Positions 26,201 through 36,851 of a stretch of DNA of 64,000 nt are shown piece by piece. Positions within the stretch are counted from its first letter, which is position 1; each line of letters starts with the position of its first letter. The translations under genes and the position numbers were made by a program. Origin of the DNA: Pristiophorus japonicus (Eukaryota); assembly GCF_044704955.1 (NCBI RefSeq), contig NC_091987.1, positions 188,852,001 through 188,916,000 of the forward strand, in the 5' to 3' direction. The notes below the pieces were generated by a model. That model was not told where the DNA came from. It worked only from the letters and a program-made list of their open reading frames with translations, and made no database searches.

Positions 26201-27434
26201 GTGTGTGACAGAGAGCATGGCGCTGCCGAGGACTGGTACGATTTCTTTGGTATAAGTCCTTAGTTTGGTGTCGACCCTTGTGAGTTTTGGTCTGTCTCTT
26301 TTATGCGGCCACAGTTGTTCAAATTGTTGAGCGCCCATGAGAGATTGACTCACACCCATATCCAGCTCCATGTTGACAGCCGTTGAGTAGGACCCTCATC
26401 ATTATAGGAGGCATCCTGTTGTAGGGGCAGCGGCCATTGATCGTGTTGACCCGCTCTACATCGGTGTCCCGGGTACTGTCCCCACCATCTCCTGGTCCGC
26501 TTTCCGACCCATCCGATTCGTATACCAGCTGAGCTGCTGTTTTTTTGCACATGCGGGCCAAATGCCCTGTATATTCACAATTTCTGCAAACAGCCTGCTG
26601 AAATCGACATCCCCTTGACTTGTGCCCACTCCCACACCTCCAGCACAGACCTGTTCCATTGTTCAAAGTGTTCCCAAAGAATGAGCTGCGTCTGGCTGAT
26701 CTCTCTTGAGCTTCTCTCAGTTTGTACTTGATTGCTCACATTGTGGGTTGATGAGGTGTGAACGACCGTTCCTGTGGCCCTTGATGGCTTCTGCCTGCTG
26801 TCGAGAGCCTGTTCTCCCAGTTTTGTCTGTGTGTGGGGGGTAGCAGCTTGTTTAGTGCTGTGAACTTTTTGTTCCGATATTTCGTTAGTTGTCGTTCCTG
26901 CATTGTAAATCAACCTCGTTTCTTCTTCCACTACCAAGAATGTCTGTGCAACCAGTGCTGCTGCCTCTAAGGTCAGGTTCTTGGTCTCTATGAGCTTTCG
27001 GAATATGTCTGCGTGGCCTATTCCTTCAATGAAAAAGTCTCTCAGCATTTCTCTCCTCAGTTCATCGGAGAACTCACATAAGCAAGCCAACCTCCGAAGT
27101 TCCCCACGACGTCAGGTATGCTCTGGCCCACACAGCGTCTGTAGTTGTAGAACCTGTGTCTGGCCATGTGTAGGCTGCTCGCTGGCTTCATGTGGTCTCT
27201 TACCAGTGTGCTCAATTCTTCAAACGACTTGTTTGCTGGTTTCTCGGGTGCCAGCAGATCCTTCATTAAAGCGTATGTTTTCGAGCCACAGCTGGTCAAG
27301 AGATCGGCTCTTCTCTTGTCTGCCTTATGGTCACCTAACCAGTCTTTGGTTACAAAGCTTTGCTGGAGCCTTTCTATAAAGTCCTCCCAATTGTCTCCCA
27401 CATTGTACTTTTCATCTGATCTGTTGTTCGCCAT
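23250..27434 (-). pseudogene. Frameshifted gag-pol polyprotein
   Basis: Gag MANNRSDEKY; knuckles CWRCGSGHKSRGC and CRNCEYTGHLARMC; protease LDMG (DTG altered); RT FQDN (second Asp to Asn); RNase H CDAS; integrase HREHPG..CTIC, HVDYAGP, SDN, AER; split over several frames. Confidence 0.93.
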
Positions 27435-27469
27435 TCTGTGGATTCTGTAATCCCGTAACCCGTCGCCAC

Positions 27470-27717
27470 TGTAAAGTCCTGTCCCCTCAGTACAGATTCA
27501 CACGAGGCATGTAGTGAAGTCAAGGTCACTCTGGACCTGCACCTTTATTTCACAGCTGTGGAATGCTGCACTTGCCTGAGACTTGTCCTTATATACCTGT
27601 CTCATGCAAGTGCACCCCTGGTGGTAAGGTATTCTGGTGGTTACAGGTCATATCTTATTACAGTCATGTATAGCATGTTAGGATACAGTTATATATAATA
27701 ATGTAAGATACAGGACA
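27470..27717 (-). repeat. 5' LTR of the Gypsy element
   Basis: TG..CA ends; adjacent to the PBS. Confidence 0.97.
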
Positions 27718-27965
27718 GTTCCTGTATCTTTTCAGACAGAAAACCATTGAAGGTGTGAACGTCTCTCTTCTGATAAATGTCCCTCATGATGTCCGATGGT
27801 TTGGCTGCAATGTAACACTGAACCCTTTCTTGCCCAGTTCTTTTTGCAAGCTGTGATGCAGTTCTAAACTTTTATATTCAGTAGTCCACTTTTTACCACT
27901 GGGGGGAGGAACGAATCCTTCATTTCCTACCCTATCTCCCTGGGGCATAGTGCCCAGCCTCTGCT

Positions 27966-28262
27966 CATCATCGTCATAGGCAATCCCTCGTGTTGAGGAT
28001 GACTTGTTTCCACGTCAAAAAGTTCACAGGTGTTTCAATGAAGGACCTAATATTCCAGGTTCCGAACCTAATCTTGAAGGGTGGAAGATGCCTGTGCGTG
28101 AATTTTTTTAACGTATGGTGGCCGTTGCACACCAGCCACCACACTGGCTTGACAGAGCTAGGTATTGGTCCAGTGGCCAGGATTAACCAAGGCGACTGGA
28201 GACCAGCTCTGCTGCACGGGCCTAGAGCGCACACATTTCGCAGTGTGGGCTGGCCTGTGCCA
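27966..28262 (-). mobile_element. Bipartite non-autonomous RTE derivative (5'UTR and ORF start fused to 3' tail)
   Basis: ORF 27974-28234 has FGTWNIRS (APE N-terminal motif) about 20 codons before RDCL*, the C-terminus of the RTE at 14234; tail matches 12390 and 14230. Confidence 0.75.
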
Positions 28263-29919
28263 CTCCCATCTTTACAGACAGGTTGTTGAGCAGAGATTTG
28301 TCCTCAGATCCAATATTTGTCATTAACGTCCATGGGAACTGAGCTGAATGCTACAGTACGCATTGCACCATTTTTCAGGCACAAAATGGGCGCAACATTG
28401 ATACTCCGTGTGTGTGTTCGGGCCACTGCTAAATTTTTCAGCCCCATTTCTCAGGTGTCCCGGGTAGCTTCTGCTAAGCAAATACTAGCTCTCCAGCTCA
28501 GGTAAGGGACTCGGTGGTTTACGGTCTCGAAAGCATCAGCTCACTCCCACCACTCCATGAATCATATTTCAGTCAAATAGGTGCAAGTAGTGGCAGACAT
28601 GCTCGATGCAAGACTTTTATTTTAAGTATTAGTAGGTAGTAACTAAAGAATCTATGTATTAATGCATGCATTCCCAGCTGATAAGATATTCAAGTGAGTT
28701 CAGCTCTTTGCCCCAAGAACTGTAATCGCAGGAACTAAGGGGAAAGAGCATAAACACACACACCTCGTATTTATGAAGTTGATCTCCACTGTAATTAAAA
28801 GAGTTCGTGCTAAAAGTAAATATTTCAACAGAGGTTTACCCATCCATAAATGTTTTGTAATAATAAATGGTCTCCAGCTTTAACATGCAAGGTCAAAAAC
28901 AGTTCTATTTGCATATAGTAAACATTCTAAATGTAGATTATGGTAAAAGTCTTATTAACAGAAGATGTATGCAACTGAATTTCCAGTCATGTCTTCAAAG
29001 TTGAATGCCACCAAAAGCTGCAAGGGCAGAATCTTCCAAGGTCAAGTAGCATTGGCGGGGCCTCATAAGCAGTTGCTGGTATATTGGAAAATTGCCGGTG
29101 CGCTCCACATGAATTTCTATCCATTGATATTAATGAGTCGAAACCAGCGGCAGTGTACTGCAGTTTTCTGATAAGCTGCCCGTTGTGTTGGGCTCTGCCT
29201 TTTGCACAAGGCATTGGAAATTGCAGTCCATGTGCCCGTTGTTGGTGTGACTGGAGCAGAACTGCAGGATGTCACATCAGAGGAACTTAACACAAAATAA
29301 CTGGTCCCGGGTAAGCATGAAGCAATGTAACAAAAGGTGACAGAAATCCACCATCTGCAGTATTCATCACACTCAATGGTAATGCACCTTATATGGACTC
29401 GGCTTCTCTTATAGTGTGTCACAGAGAAGAATCCCAATGTATAATGTTCAACATGTACTCATTCTGTTACCATTAATCCACCATTAAATTGACAATATTA
29501 CTGTTTAGTAGGTAATGTACAACATAGGACTATGTTATGCGATCAGATGATTGCTATTGAGAAATCTCAGTATAAGAACCTGATTGAACAGCTATCTAGA
29601 GTGATATTGGTATAATTCTCTTAAGTTTTGTTTCTTGATTCTTTTCATCTAAAAGACTACTTTAACTACCGATGTGACTCTATTTCATCAAAATAACAGG
29701 TGCTGCATGAAACTACGGCAAAGTATATTTTAATTTAGAATTCATTTAGCAATAAATGATTTTACATTATGATACTCAATACATGTTCAGAATAGTGGCA
29801 CTAAAAATCTCTGTTTAATGTTGCCATTCATATCTATGCACAAGATGTTAATAAATGTTCACAGAGCAGGATATGTTCTTTATGGGTTCATGCATTATGT
29901 TTTGTGCTCTCTCTCTCAG

Positions 29920-30222
29920 GACCTCCTGAAGTTTCTACTGTGGATGGTGCTTTGGTTGCTGGACGTCGGTCCAACCTGACCTGCTCTGCCAAGGGATGGT
30001 ACTCTGAGGGTATCTCCTTTACCTGGGCATGCCATGGAACAAACATCTGCACAAACGTCACCACACTGACCTCAAAAAGAACTGGTCATGGTACATCTGT
30101 TGCTACCAGCCAGCTTGAGATCGTCCCTAAAGTGAGTGACCATGGATCTGTCTGTAGCTGTCAGATCAACCATGTGACTTTCAGACAGCCAGTAATAAAT
30201 GAGATCAAACTGCATGTTATGT
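29920..30222 (+). CDS. IgSF receptor exon 3: C1-like Ig domain
   Basis: Acceptor ctctctctctcag; LTCSAKGWYSEGISFTW, GTSVATSQL, CQINH; donor T|GTGAGT; phase 1/1. Confidence 0.92.
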
Positions 30223-30759
30223 GTGAGTATAATCCTCAACATTTTAAATATTGGTTTTATTCTCTTTAATGTTAAAAATACTGACTTTAACTTTGGACTC
30301 CCTCTTATTGTTTCCTCCCTGTTCTCTGTTTACAACTGGGACATATATCTTCATCTTTGCCGTGCCTATGTAAACTATGTAACCTCTGTGTCTATTTTGG
30401 CTGCTGTTCTGGACTCAATCCCATTATTTTTATCTCCCTTTTCCTTTCTCTTTTCTTTACCCTTCTTGGACCCTTCTCTCCTGTCTCCCTCCCTGTTACC
30501 CAATCATACCTTGTTTCATTTCTGCCCTCGGGTACTTTGTTCATCCAAATCCCTACATCATCCCTTCATTATTCCTCTATTCTCCTGCTGCTCTCCCAGG
30601 CTTGAGTCCTTCTTGGATAAGCCGATAGCTTCCCTCTGTGTCTCTCTTGGCAATCTCTGGAGGGCACATCGAGGCATGTGTTGTTGCTGCCTCCACATGA
30701 GCGGCAAACCCAACTATTTCATCTTACTCTCCTGCCTACCTTCCCACCCAGCACACTTG

Positions 30760-33505
30760 CTGGGGGCTAATCCTGCCAATCTCCTTCCTGCTCAGTTCAC
30801 TCTCCCACCGCTGACCTCATGGAGTCTGCCAGCTGATCAATAATCACCACCCCTCTCCACATCTCCCTCCAAAATATCTTTTCATTTATATACAAGGCCC
30901 TTGCCATCTATGATCTTATTGTGGATGATTGCATTGATCTCATTGCTTTGACAGAAACTTGGTTCATGGATGACACCTTACCCCTTAGTGAAGCCTCTCC
31001 ATCTGGCTACACCCTCCACCACCTGCCCTGCCCAAACTCCCACAGTGGCAGTGTGGCCCCTATTACTAAATCTCACCTTGGTCTGTCCACTTACACTTCT
31101 GCCACATTTTGCCCCTCGCCTTGTTCCACTCCTCTTGCCTCTCCTTTAAAATTCTCATTCTCTACCACCCACTGAAACCCCACTCCTTTCCTCCTTCAGC
31201 TTTTGCACCAAGCAGCTTCTCATCCTTGGTGATTTCAACCTTCAGCTCAATAGCCCACCTTGGCCTTGCTCCTCTGAGTTCATTGTACTCCCTTAACCTC
31301 TCCATAAATGCTCTTCTACCCATATTCATGGCCAGCACCTCAACCTTGCCATCTCATGTAGCCTCACTGTTCTCATCATCTCAATCACAGACAAGGCCAA
31401 ATCTGATCACTTCCTTGTTTCCCTCACCACTCACATCCTCCTTCCCCTTCCAACCCTCACCTTCTGTGTCCACTCCTGAAAAAAACTTTCCCCTAAGACA
31501 TTTTAATGGCACTTTCAAACTTCCAACTGTCAAGCCTATGGGTCTCCATTTGCCACAATACTTCTGTAGCTATAGATCTGATCAATCACACCCTCAGCTA
31601 TGCCCTTGATGCCATTTTCCCCAGTACTCTCAAACACCTTGGTTGTTCCCCCGGCACAACGCCCATCTTCACTGCTTTAAATTCAAGAGAGGGGATCTCA
31701 TAGAAACATATAAAATTCTGGCGGGACTGGACAGGTTAGATGCAGGAAGAATGTTCCCGATGTTGGGGAAGTCCAGAACCAGGGGTCACAGTCTTAGGAT
31801 AAGGGGTAAGCCATTTAGGACCGAGATGAGGAGAAACTTCTTCACTCAGAGTGTTGTTAACCTGTGGAATTCTCTACTGCAGAGAGTTGTTGATGCCAGT
31901 TCGTTAGATATATTCAAGAGGGAGTTAGATATGGCCCTTACAGCTAAAGGGATCAAGGGGTATGGAGAGAAAGCAGGAAAGGCGTACTGAGGTGAATGAT
32001 CAGCCATGATCTTATTGAATGGTGGTGCAGGCTCGAAGGGCCGAATGGCCTACTCCTGCACCTATTTTCTATGTTTCTATGTTTAAGAGGCACAGAAATG
32101 AATTTATGGCACAACTGGTTTAGCCATTCATCGCTAAATCCGATGTCACCACCCTCCTCAAAAAACCACCCATGACCATGTCTTTGCAGCCTACTGTCCC
32201 CATCTTCAACCTCACTTTCCTCTCCAAAGTCCTTGAAAATGTCACTTCCCACATTGGTGCTCATCTTTCCTACAACTCCATGTTTGAACTTCTCCAATCA
32301 GGTTTACACCCCTGCCAGAGCATTGGAATGGCCCAAATCAAAGTCACAAATTACATCCTCTGTGACTGTGGACATAGTGCTACTATCTCTCCTCATCTTT
32401 CATGTCCTCTGCAGTCTGTGATACTGTCGACCACATCATGCTCCTCAAATGCCTCTCCTCCATCTTCCAGCTGAGTGGGACTGCCCTCGCCTGGTCTCAC
32501 TCTTACCTATTCAGTTGTAGCCAGAGAATCTCCTGCAAAGGCATTTCTTTTCACCCTGATACGGTTACCTCTGGCATCCTTAAGGATCTATCCTTGGGGC
32601 CCCTCCTTTTTCTCATCTACATGCTGCCCATTGCTGGCATCATCTGAAGAAATTACATCAGGTTTCACATGTATGCTGAAGGCACACAGCTCTTCTCACT
32701 CAACCCTTCCACTGCCTCTTTGTTGTCAGACTGTTTGTCTGAGATTCAGTCCTGGAAGAGCCCCAATTTCCTCCAATTAAATGTTGGAAAGGCCGATGCC
32801 ATTGCCTTTGGCTCCCACAAAACATTCTGTTCCTTCGCCACCAATTCCATCTCCTTCCCTGGTCACTGTCTCAGGCTGAATCAGGCATTTTGCATCCTGG
32901 TGCATATTTGACGCTTAGCTGAACTTCCAAACCTATATCCTCTCCATCTCAAAGACCCCCTACTTCCAACCTCGGAATATCGCCCATCTTTGCCTCTGTC
33001 TCATGTATTCTGCTGCTGAAACCCCCATCCATTCTTTTGTTACCTCCAGATTCGACTATTCCAATGCTCTCCTGGCCAGCTTCCCATTTTCCACTCCCAT
33101 AAACTTGAGAACATCAAAATCTCTGCTATACATATCTTAACCCACACCAAGTTCTACTCTCCCATCACCCTTGTGCTCACCGACCTACATTCTCTTCCAG
33201 TCCGATAACCCTCCAAGAACTCTGCATTTCTCCAAATCTGGCCTTGTACATTCCCCACTCTCCTTGCCACATCATTGGTAGCCCTGCCTTCAGCCTTCTA
33301 GGCTCTGGAATTCCCTCCCTAAACCTCTCCACCTCTCTCCTTTTAAGACACTCCTAAAAACCTAACTCTTTGACCAAGCTTTTAGTTACACTTCCTAATA
33401 TTTTCTTCATTGGCTCGGTAGCAATGTTTGTCTGATTAGACTCCTGTGAAGTGCATTGGGATATTTTCCTATCAGAAATGCGTAATGTAAATGCAAGTTG
33501 CTATT
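30760..33505 (+). mobile_element. Decayed L2 LINE in intron 3
   Basis: IDLIALTETW (30921), PIFNLTFLSKVLE (32172), DTVDHIMLL..LGPLLFLIYMLP (32402), NFLQLNVGK (32669); L2 tail at about 33440-33500. Confidence 0.85.
31690..32081 (+). mobile_element. Young CR1 (HER1-like) 3' fragment inside L2
   Basis: RGDLIETYKIL..KGYGEKAG; nearly the same as the 3' end of 38524-41455; possible TSD tt(c/t)aagag. Confidence 0.9.
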
Positions 33506-33557
33506 GTATTCACATTATTTCTATGTAAAATTAAGTGCACATTATCTTTACTGTTAG

Positions 33558-33878
33558 ATGGGCCGCAAGATCCCACAATAATGTACAGGTTGACCAAGAA
33601 TGGCAGTTACCATCCTGGGACGTGTAGCCCCATCACCGTCCCTACTAACTCATTCCTGGAACTGAGTTGCTCCGTGGACAGTAACCCAGCCTCCTCTGTG
33701 ATCTGGGTAAAGGATGGGGAGAACCACACTGAGATGTTCCAACTCGCAGCTGGATTAAATAGTTCAAAACTGAAGATAAGTCATTTCCAGCCTGAAGTTA
33801 GAGGAGTCTACTGGTGTTTGGCAAACAACAGCTATGGCCGGGGAAACGCAAGTGTTTCAATAGAAGCTGAACAGGAAG
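33558..33878 (+). CDS. IgSF receptor exon 4: C2/I-set Ig domain
   Basis: Acceptor tctttactgttag; junction gives YGP; LSCSVDSNPASSVIWVK..GVYWCLANNSYG; donor G|GTAAAT; phase 1/1. Confidence 0.92.
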
Positions 33879-34435
33879 GTAAATAGAATCTAAAAATACT
33901 CATGCAAAGATCGCAGTGTCTGTTGCAGTGGAATCACTTTTAAATAATCGGAGCGCAACTTAATTGTTTCAGGCATTTTCTCCCCTGGTCTCAAGTGGAT
34001 GAATTGTAATATTTGTTCAATTTTAAAATACACTTGTGTAGCAAATAACACATACCATTCCGAAAACATTATCAATGTTAAGCCACTTACAGATTATAGT
34101 AAATTTGTCCATGATTAATACCACTTGATTGCAGCTATAAGACCAACGATTTGCTTTTCCGTACAGCTTTTTAATGTTGGGCCAAGAAAATGGAAAATTA
34201 AAATGCTGCAGTTTTATTTATCGACAGTAGTGTACATCAGACACAAAACTTGCTTTGGAATCTGAAGAAAATAGCTGTGCTGTTGTCACAGAAAAATTAA
34301 AATATTGTATTTGTATAACATCTTTTCATGTCTTCTAGAAATATCTCCAAGCACTTCAAATACAGTAAATTGTGTTTAGGTGTGGTGACCATTTATTAAT
34401 TGTGATTTTATTATTATTTACCATCTCTTTCACAG

Positions 34436-34537
34436 GTCATTGGTATTTTTCTGTTCTGGTTCCACTCATTGCTCTCAGTGGATTTATCGCTGCGGTAACA
34501 ATATACTTTTATCTGAACTGGAAGAGGCAGTTGAAAG
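34436..34537 (+). CDS. IgSF receptor exon 5: transmembrane segment GHWYFSVLVPLIALSGFIAAVTIYFYLNWKRQLK
   Basis: Acceptor ccatctctttcacag; uncharged hydrophobic run followed by KR stop-transfer residues; donor AAG|GTAAAT; phase 1/1. Too short to appear in the ORF track. Confidence 0.9.
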
Positions 34538-34717
34538 GTAAATCTTAAAATAAATCATTGGTTGTAGGTGTTAACCTTACCATTGACATCAATAGCAAGC
34601 TGTAAAATGATGTGGTTTTCACTAGCCAGTGTGATTATACAGTCCTTTGCAGTATTGTGTTTGTACGTGTTCTTGCTTGTTGGGGTATTTTCATGTCCCA
34701 ATCTTTCTGTTACATAG

Positions 34718-34746
34718 GCTGTTCATACCAAGCTCAGGCACTATAG
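34718..34746 (+). CDS. Probable terminal cytoplasmic exon GCSYQAQAL*
   Basis: Good acceptor tctttctgttacatag; phase-1 entry; TAG 34744-34746; ATTAAA 34815-34820. Alternative tails exist (see findings). Confidence 0.45.
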
Positions 34747-35174
34747 AAGATATTTTTAAACATTCTCTGAATTTCTGGATGTCATACCAGAACTACGGTA
34801 TGCTATACCAGAAAATTAAATAATATATTGGGATTTTGATCAAGACAAAACCAAAATTATTTTTGCAGAAAATATGTAACCAATATTTTCTATTAGTTGC
34901 TGAATGGCATCCTTTCACGGTTGGATTAGGATGCAGGAGGTAAATTAACTGTACTCCAACATTTCTATCTCTGTAATACGTGTCAGTATTTGACTAGAAT
35001 TGGGACTGAAGGACATACTGAAACTAAAGGTACACAAATTACAGAGACCTGAAAGTTACATCTCAGGATCCTGAGGAAAGCTCGGGAAGTAATAGCAAAG
35101 GCTCTGACTATAATTTTCTAAAACTCATTGGGAAAGAAAGTTGTACCAGATGACTGGAGGATGAAAAAATTGAT

Positions 35175-35712
35175 GGAGTTTTGGTTTCCATATTTATGAA
35201 AGGATATACTTGCTTCGGAGGTAGTTCAGAGAAGGTTCAATAGGTTGATTCCGGAGATGAGGGGATTGACTTATGAGGAAAGGTTGAGTAGGTTGGGCTT
35301 CTACTCATTGGAATTCAGAAGAATGAGAGGTAATCTTATCGAAAAGTATAATATTATGAGAGGGCTTGACAAGGTGGATGCAGAGAGGATGTTTCCACTG
35401 ATGGGGGAGACTACAACTAGAGGGCACGATCTTAGAATAAGGGGCCGCCCATTTAAAACAGATAAGGAGAAATTTCTTCTCTCAGAGGGTTGTAAATCTG
35501 TGGAATTCGCTGCCTCAGAGAGCTGTGGAAAGTGGGACATTGAATAAATTTAAGACAAAAATAGACAGTTTCTTAAATGATAAGGGGTTATGGGGAGCGG
35601 GCAGGGAAGTGGAGCTGAGTCCATGATCAGATCAGCCATGATTTTATTGAATGGCGGAGCAGGCTCGAGGGGCAGTATGGCCTACTCCTGTTCCTATTTC
35701 TTAGGTTCTTAT
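35175..35712 (+). mobile_element. CR1 (HER1-like) 3' fragment
   Basis: ORF 35245: LTYEERLSRLG..RRMRG; tail tggcctactcctgttcctatttctt. Confidence 0.9.
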
Positions 35713-35809
35713 ACCCTTCTTCACAAAATGAGATAAACCAGGAAATTGGAGACAAGTTACACTTATTTCAGTTGTGAGTAAACTACTAGAGTCTATAACA
35801 CAGGATTAG

Positions 35810-36851
35810 GGGCTCAATTTTTCCCAACCCCTTTTTTCGGCGCACTTACCTTAAATGCGCTGACTTTGCACGCTGTAAATGGCGACGGAAAAAAGGGGCC
35901 CCATCCTGCCCGCTCAGCCGACTCTCCGGTGTCCCAGCGTGGTGTAGCTAGTGAAGTAGGGGGCGGAGCAACAGGCCAGCTCAGAAAGCACTGCCGGCAG
36001 CTGTGCGCATGCGCAGTGAAGTCTGCGCGCATGCGCAGTGAAATCTGCGCACATGCTCCTCGCCCTCCCAGCGTGTCCTGCGTGAGTAGGACTCGATGCT
36101 CGCAGCCCCTATCCCTGGCCAAAGAGACACCCCGATCTTCGCCGCACCCTATCCCCGGCCGTGTGGCCTCTCGCACCGGCTGGCCGGTGCGCTGACTTCC
36201 CGGGCTGAGGTAGGACCTCAGTTTTATTTTTTATTTATTGATGGTTGTGCTTGAGAGTTTTGATTGGGGCGGGGAGGGGGGGAAGAAAGAGTGTTTTGGG
36301 GGGCGGGAGGAAGAAAGATTGTTTTGATGGGGTGGGGGGGGGGGGAATTTAAAAAAAAACTTGATTCTGGCATAAAGGTAGGACTTCTACTTTTTATTTG
36401 TTATTGATTGATTACTTATTCCTTTTTGTGCTTTGTTTAGTGCTTTGTAAGTCTTGGTGCAGATCCTCAGCTTCCTTGTATTTTTTATTTGTTATTGAAT
36501 GCTTATTTTTGTGTTTTGTTTAGTGCTTTGTAAGTCTTGGTGCTTTAAATGTACCAACCTGCGCCGAATTCTTAACTGCCCGCAATGTTTTTCAGAGCTG
36601 GCCACATACGCTGACCTCAGTCGATTTGGAGTAAGTTTTAGCTGGCCAAAGTGGCATAAATGGCCAAAACTGGCGTAAGTGTCTGGGAACGCCCCCTTTT
36701 GGAAAAAAAAAACTGAACTAAAAAAAAACTCGTACCTAACTGACTTACTCTGGAGCAAATTTTTTGAGGAAAATGGCATTTTTTAACTTACGCCAGAAAA
36801 AAACAACTTACTCCAAAAAAATTGGAGCAAGTCATGGCCAAAATTGGGCCC
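35810..36851. mobile_element. Harbinger-like MITE
   Basis: TIR GGGCTCAATTTT / AAAATTGGGCCC; CpG-rich body with TGCGCATGCGCA 36004-36015; right part related to about 61790-62034 and 63050-63339. Confidence 0.8.

Larger units (their letters stand above)
22975..27717 (-). mobile_element. Full-length Gypsy LTR retrotransposon (4743 bp), inactivated
   Basis: 248-bp LTRs at 22975-23222 and 27470-27717; TSD GTTCC at 22970-22974 and 27718-27722; PBS TGGCGACG (27468-27461); PPT GGGGGAGGATGA (23234-23223); gag-PR-RT-RH-IN order. Confidence 0.97.
22410..27922 (-). mobile_element. Older (probably solo) LTR split by the Gypsy insertion; ends approximate
   Basis: Minus strand has TATAAA (about 22703-22708) and AATAAA (about 22516-22521) followed by cctttgtgtcg..tatatttt, as in LTR 4377-5133; gcaagaaagg is shared near the 5' end; no convincing TSD. 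Confidence 0.55.

Noticed and set aside
30199-30843. 214-aa ORF
   Set aside because: Pyrimidine-rich intron sequence leading into the L2, with low-complexity Leu/Ser/Phe translation and no domain.
33491-33557. ATG and hydrophobic N-terminus of ORF 33491-33886 as a stand-alone secreted Ig gene
   Set aside because: The ATG lies in the L2 tail/intron; the acceptor at 33557 gives a phase-correct YGP junction with exon 3.
16310-33878. Naming the gene as Siglec, SIRP, tapasin, NITR or CD28
   Set aside because: The V domain has YTC rather than the Siglec F-strand Arg; domain 3 is not C1 (SIRP); no TM Lys (tapasin); domain number differs from NITR and CD28. No symbol assigned.
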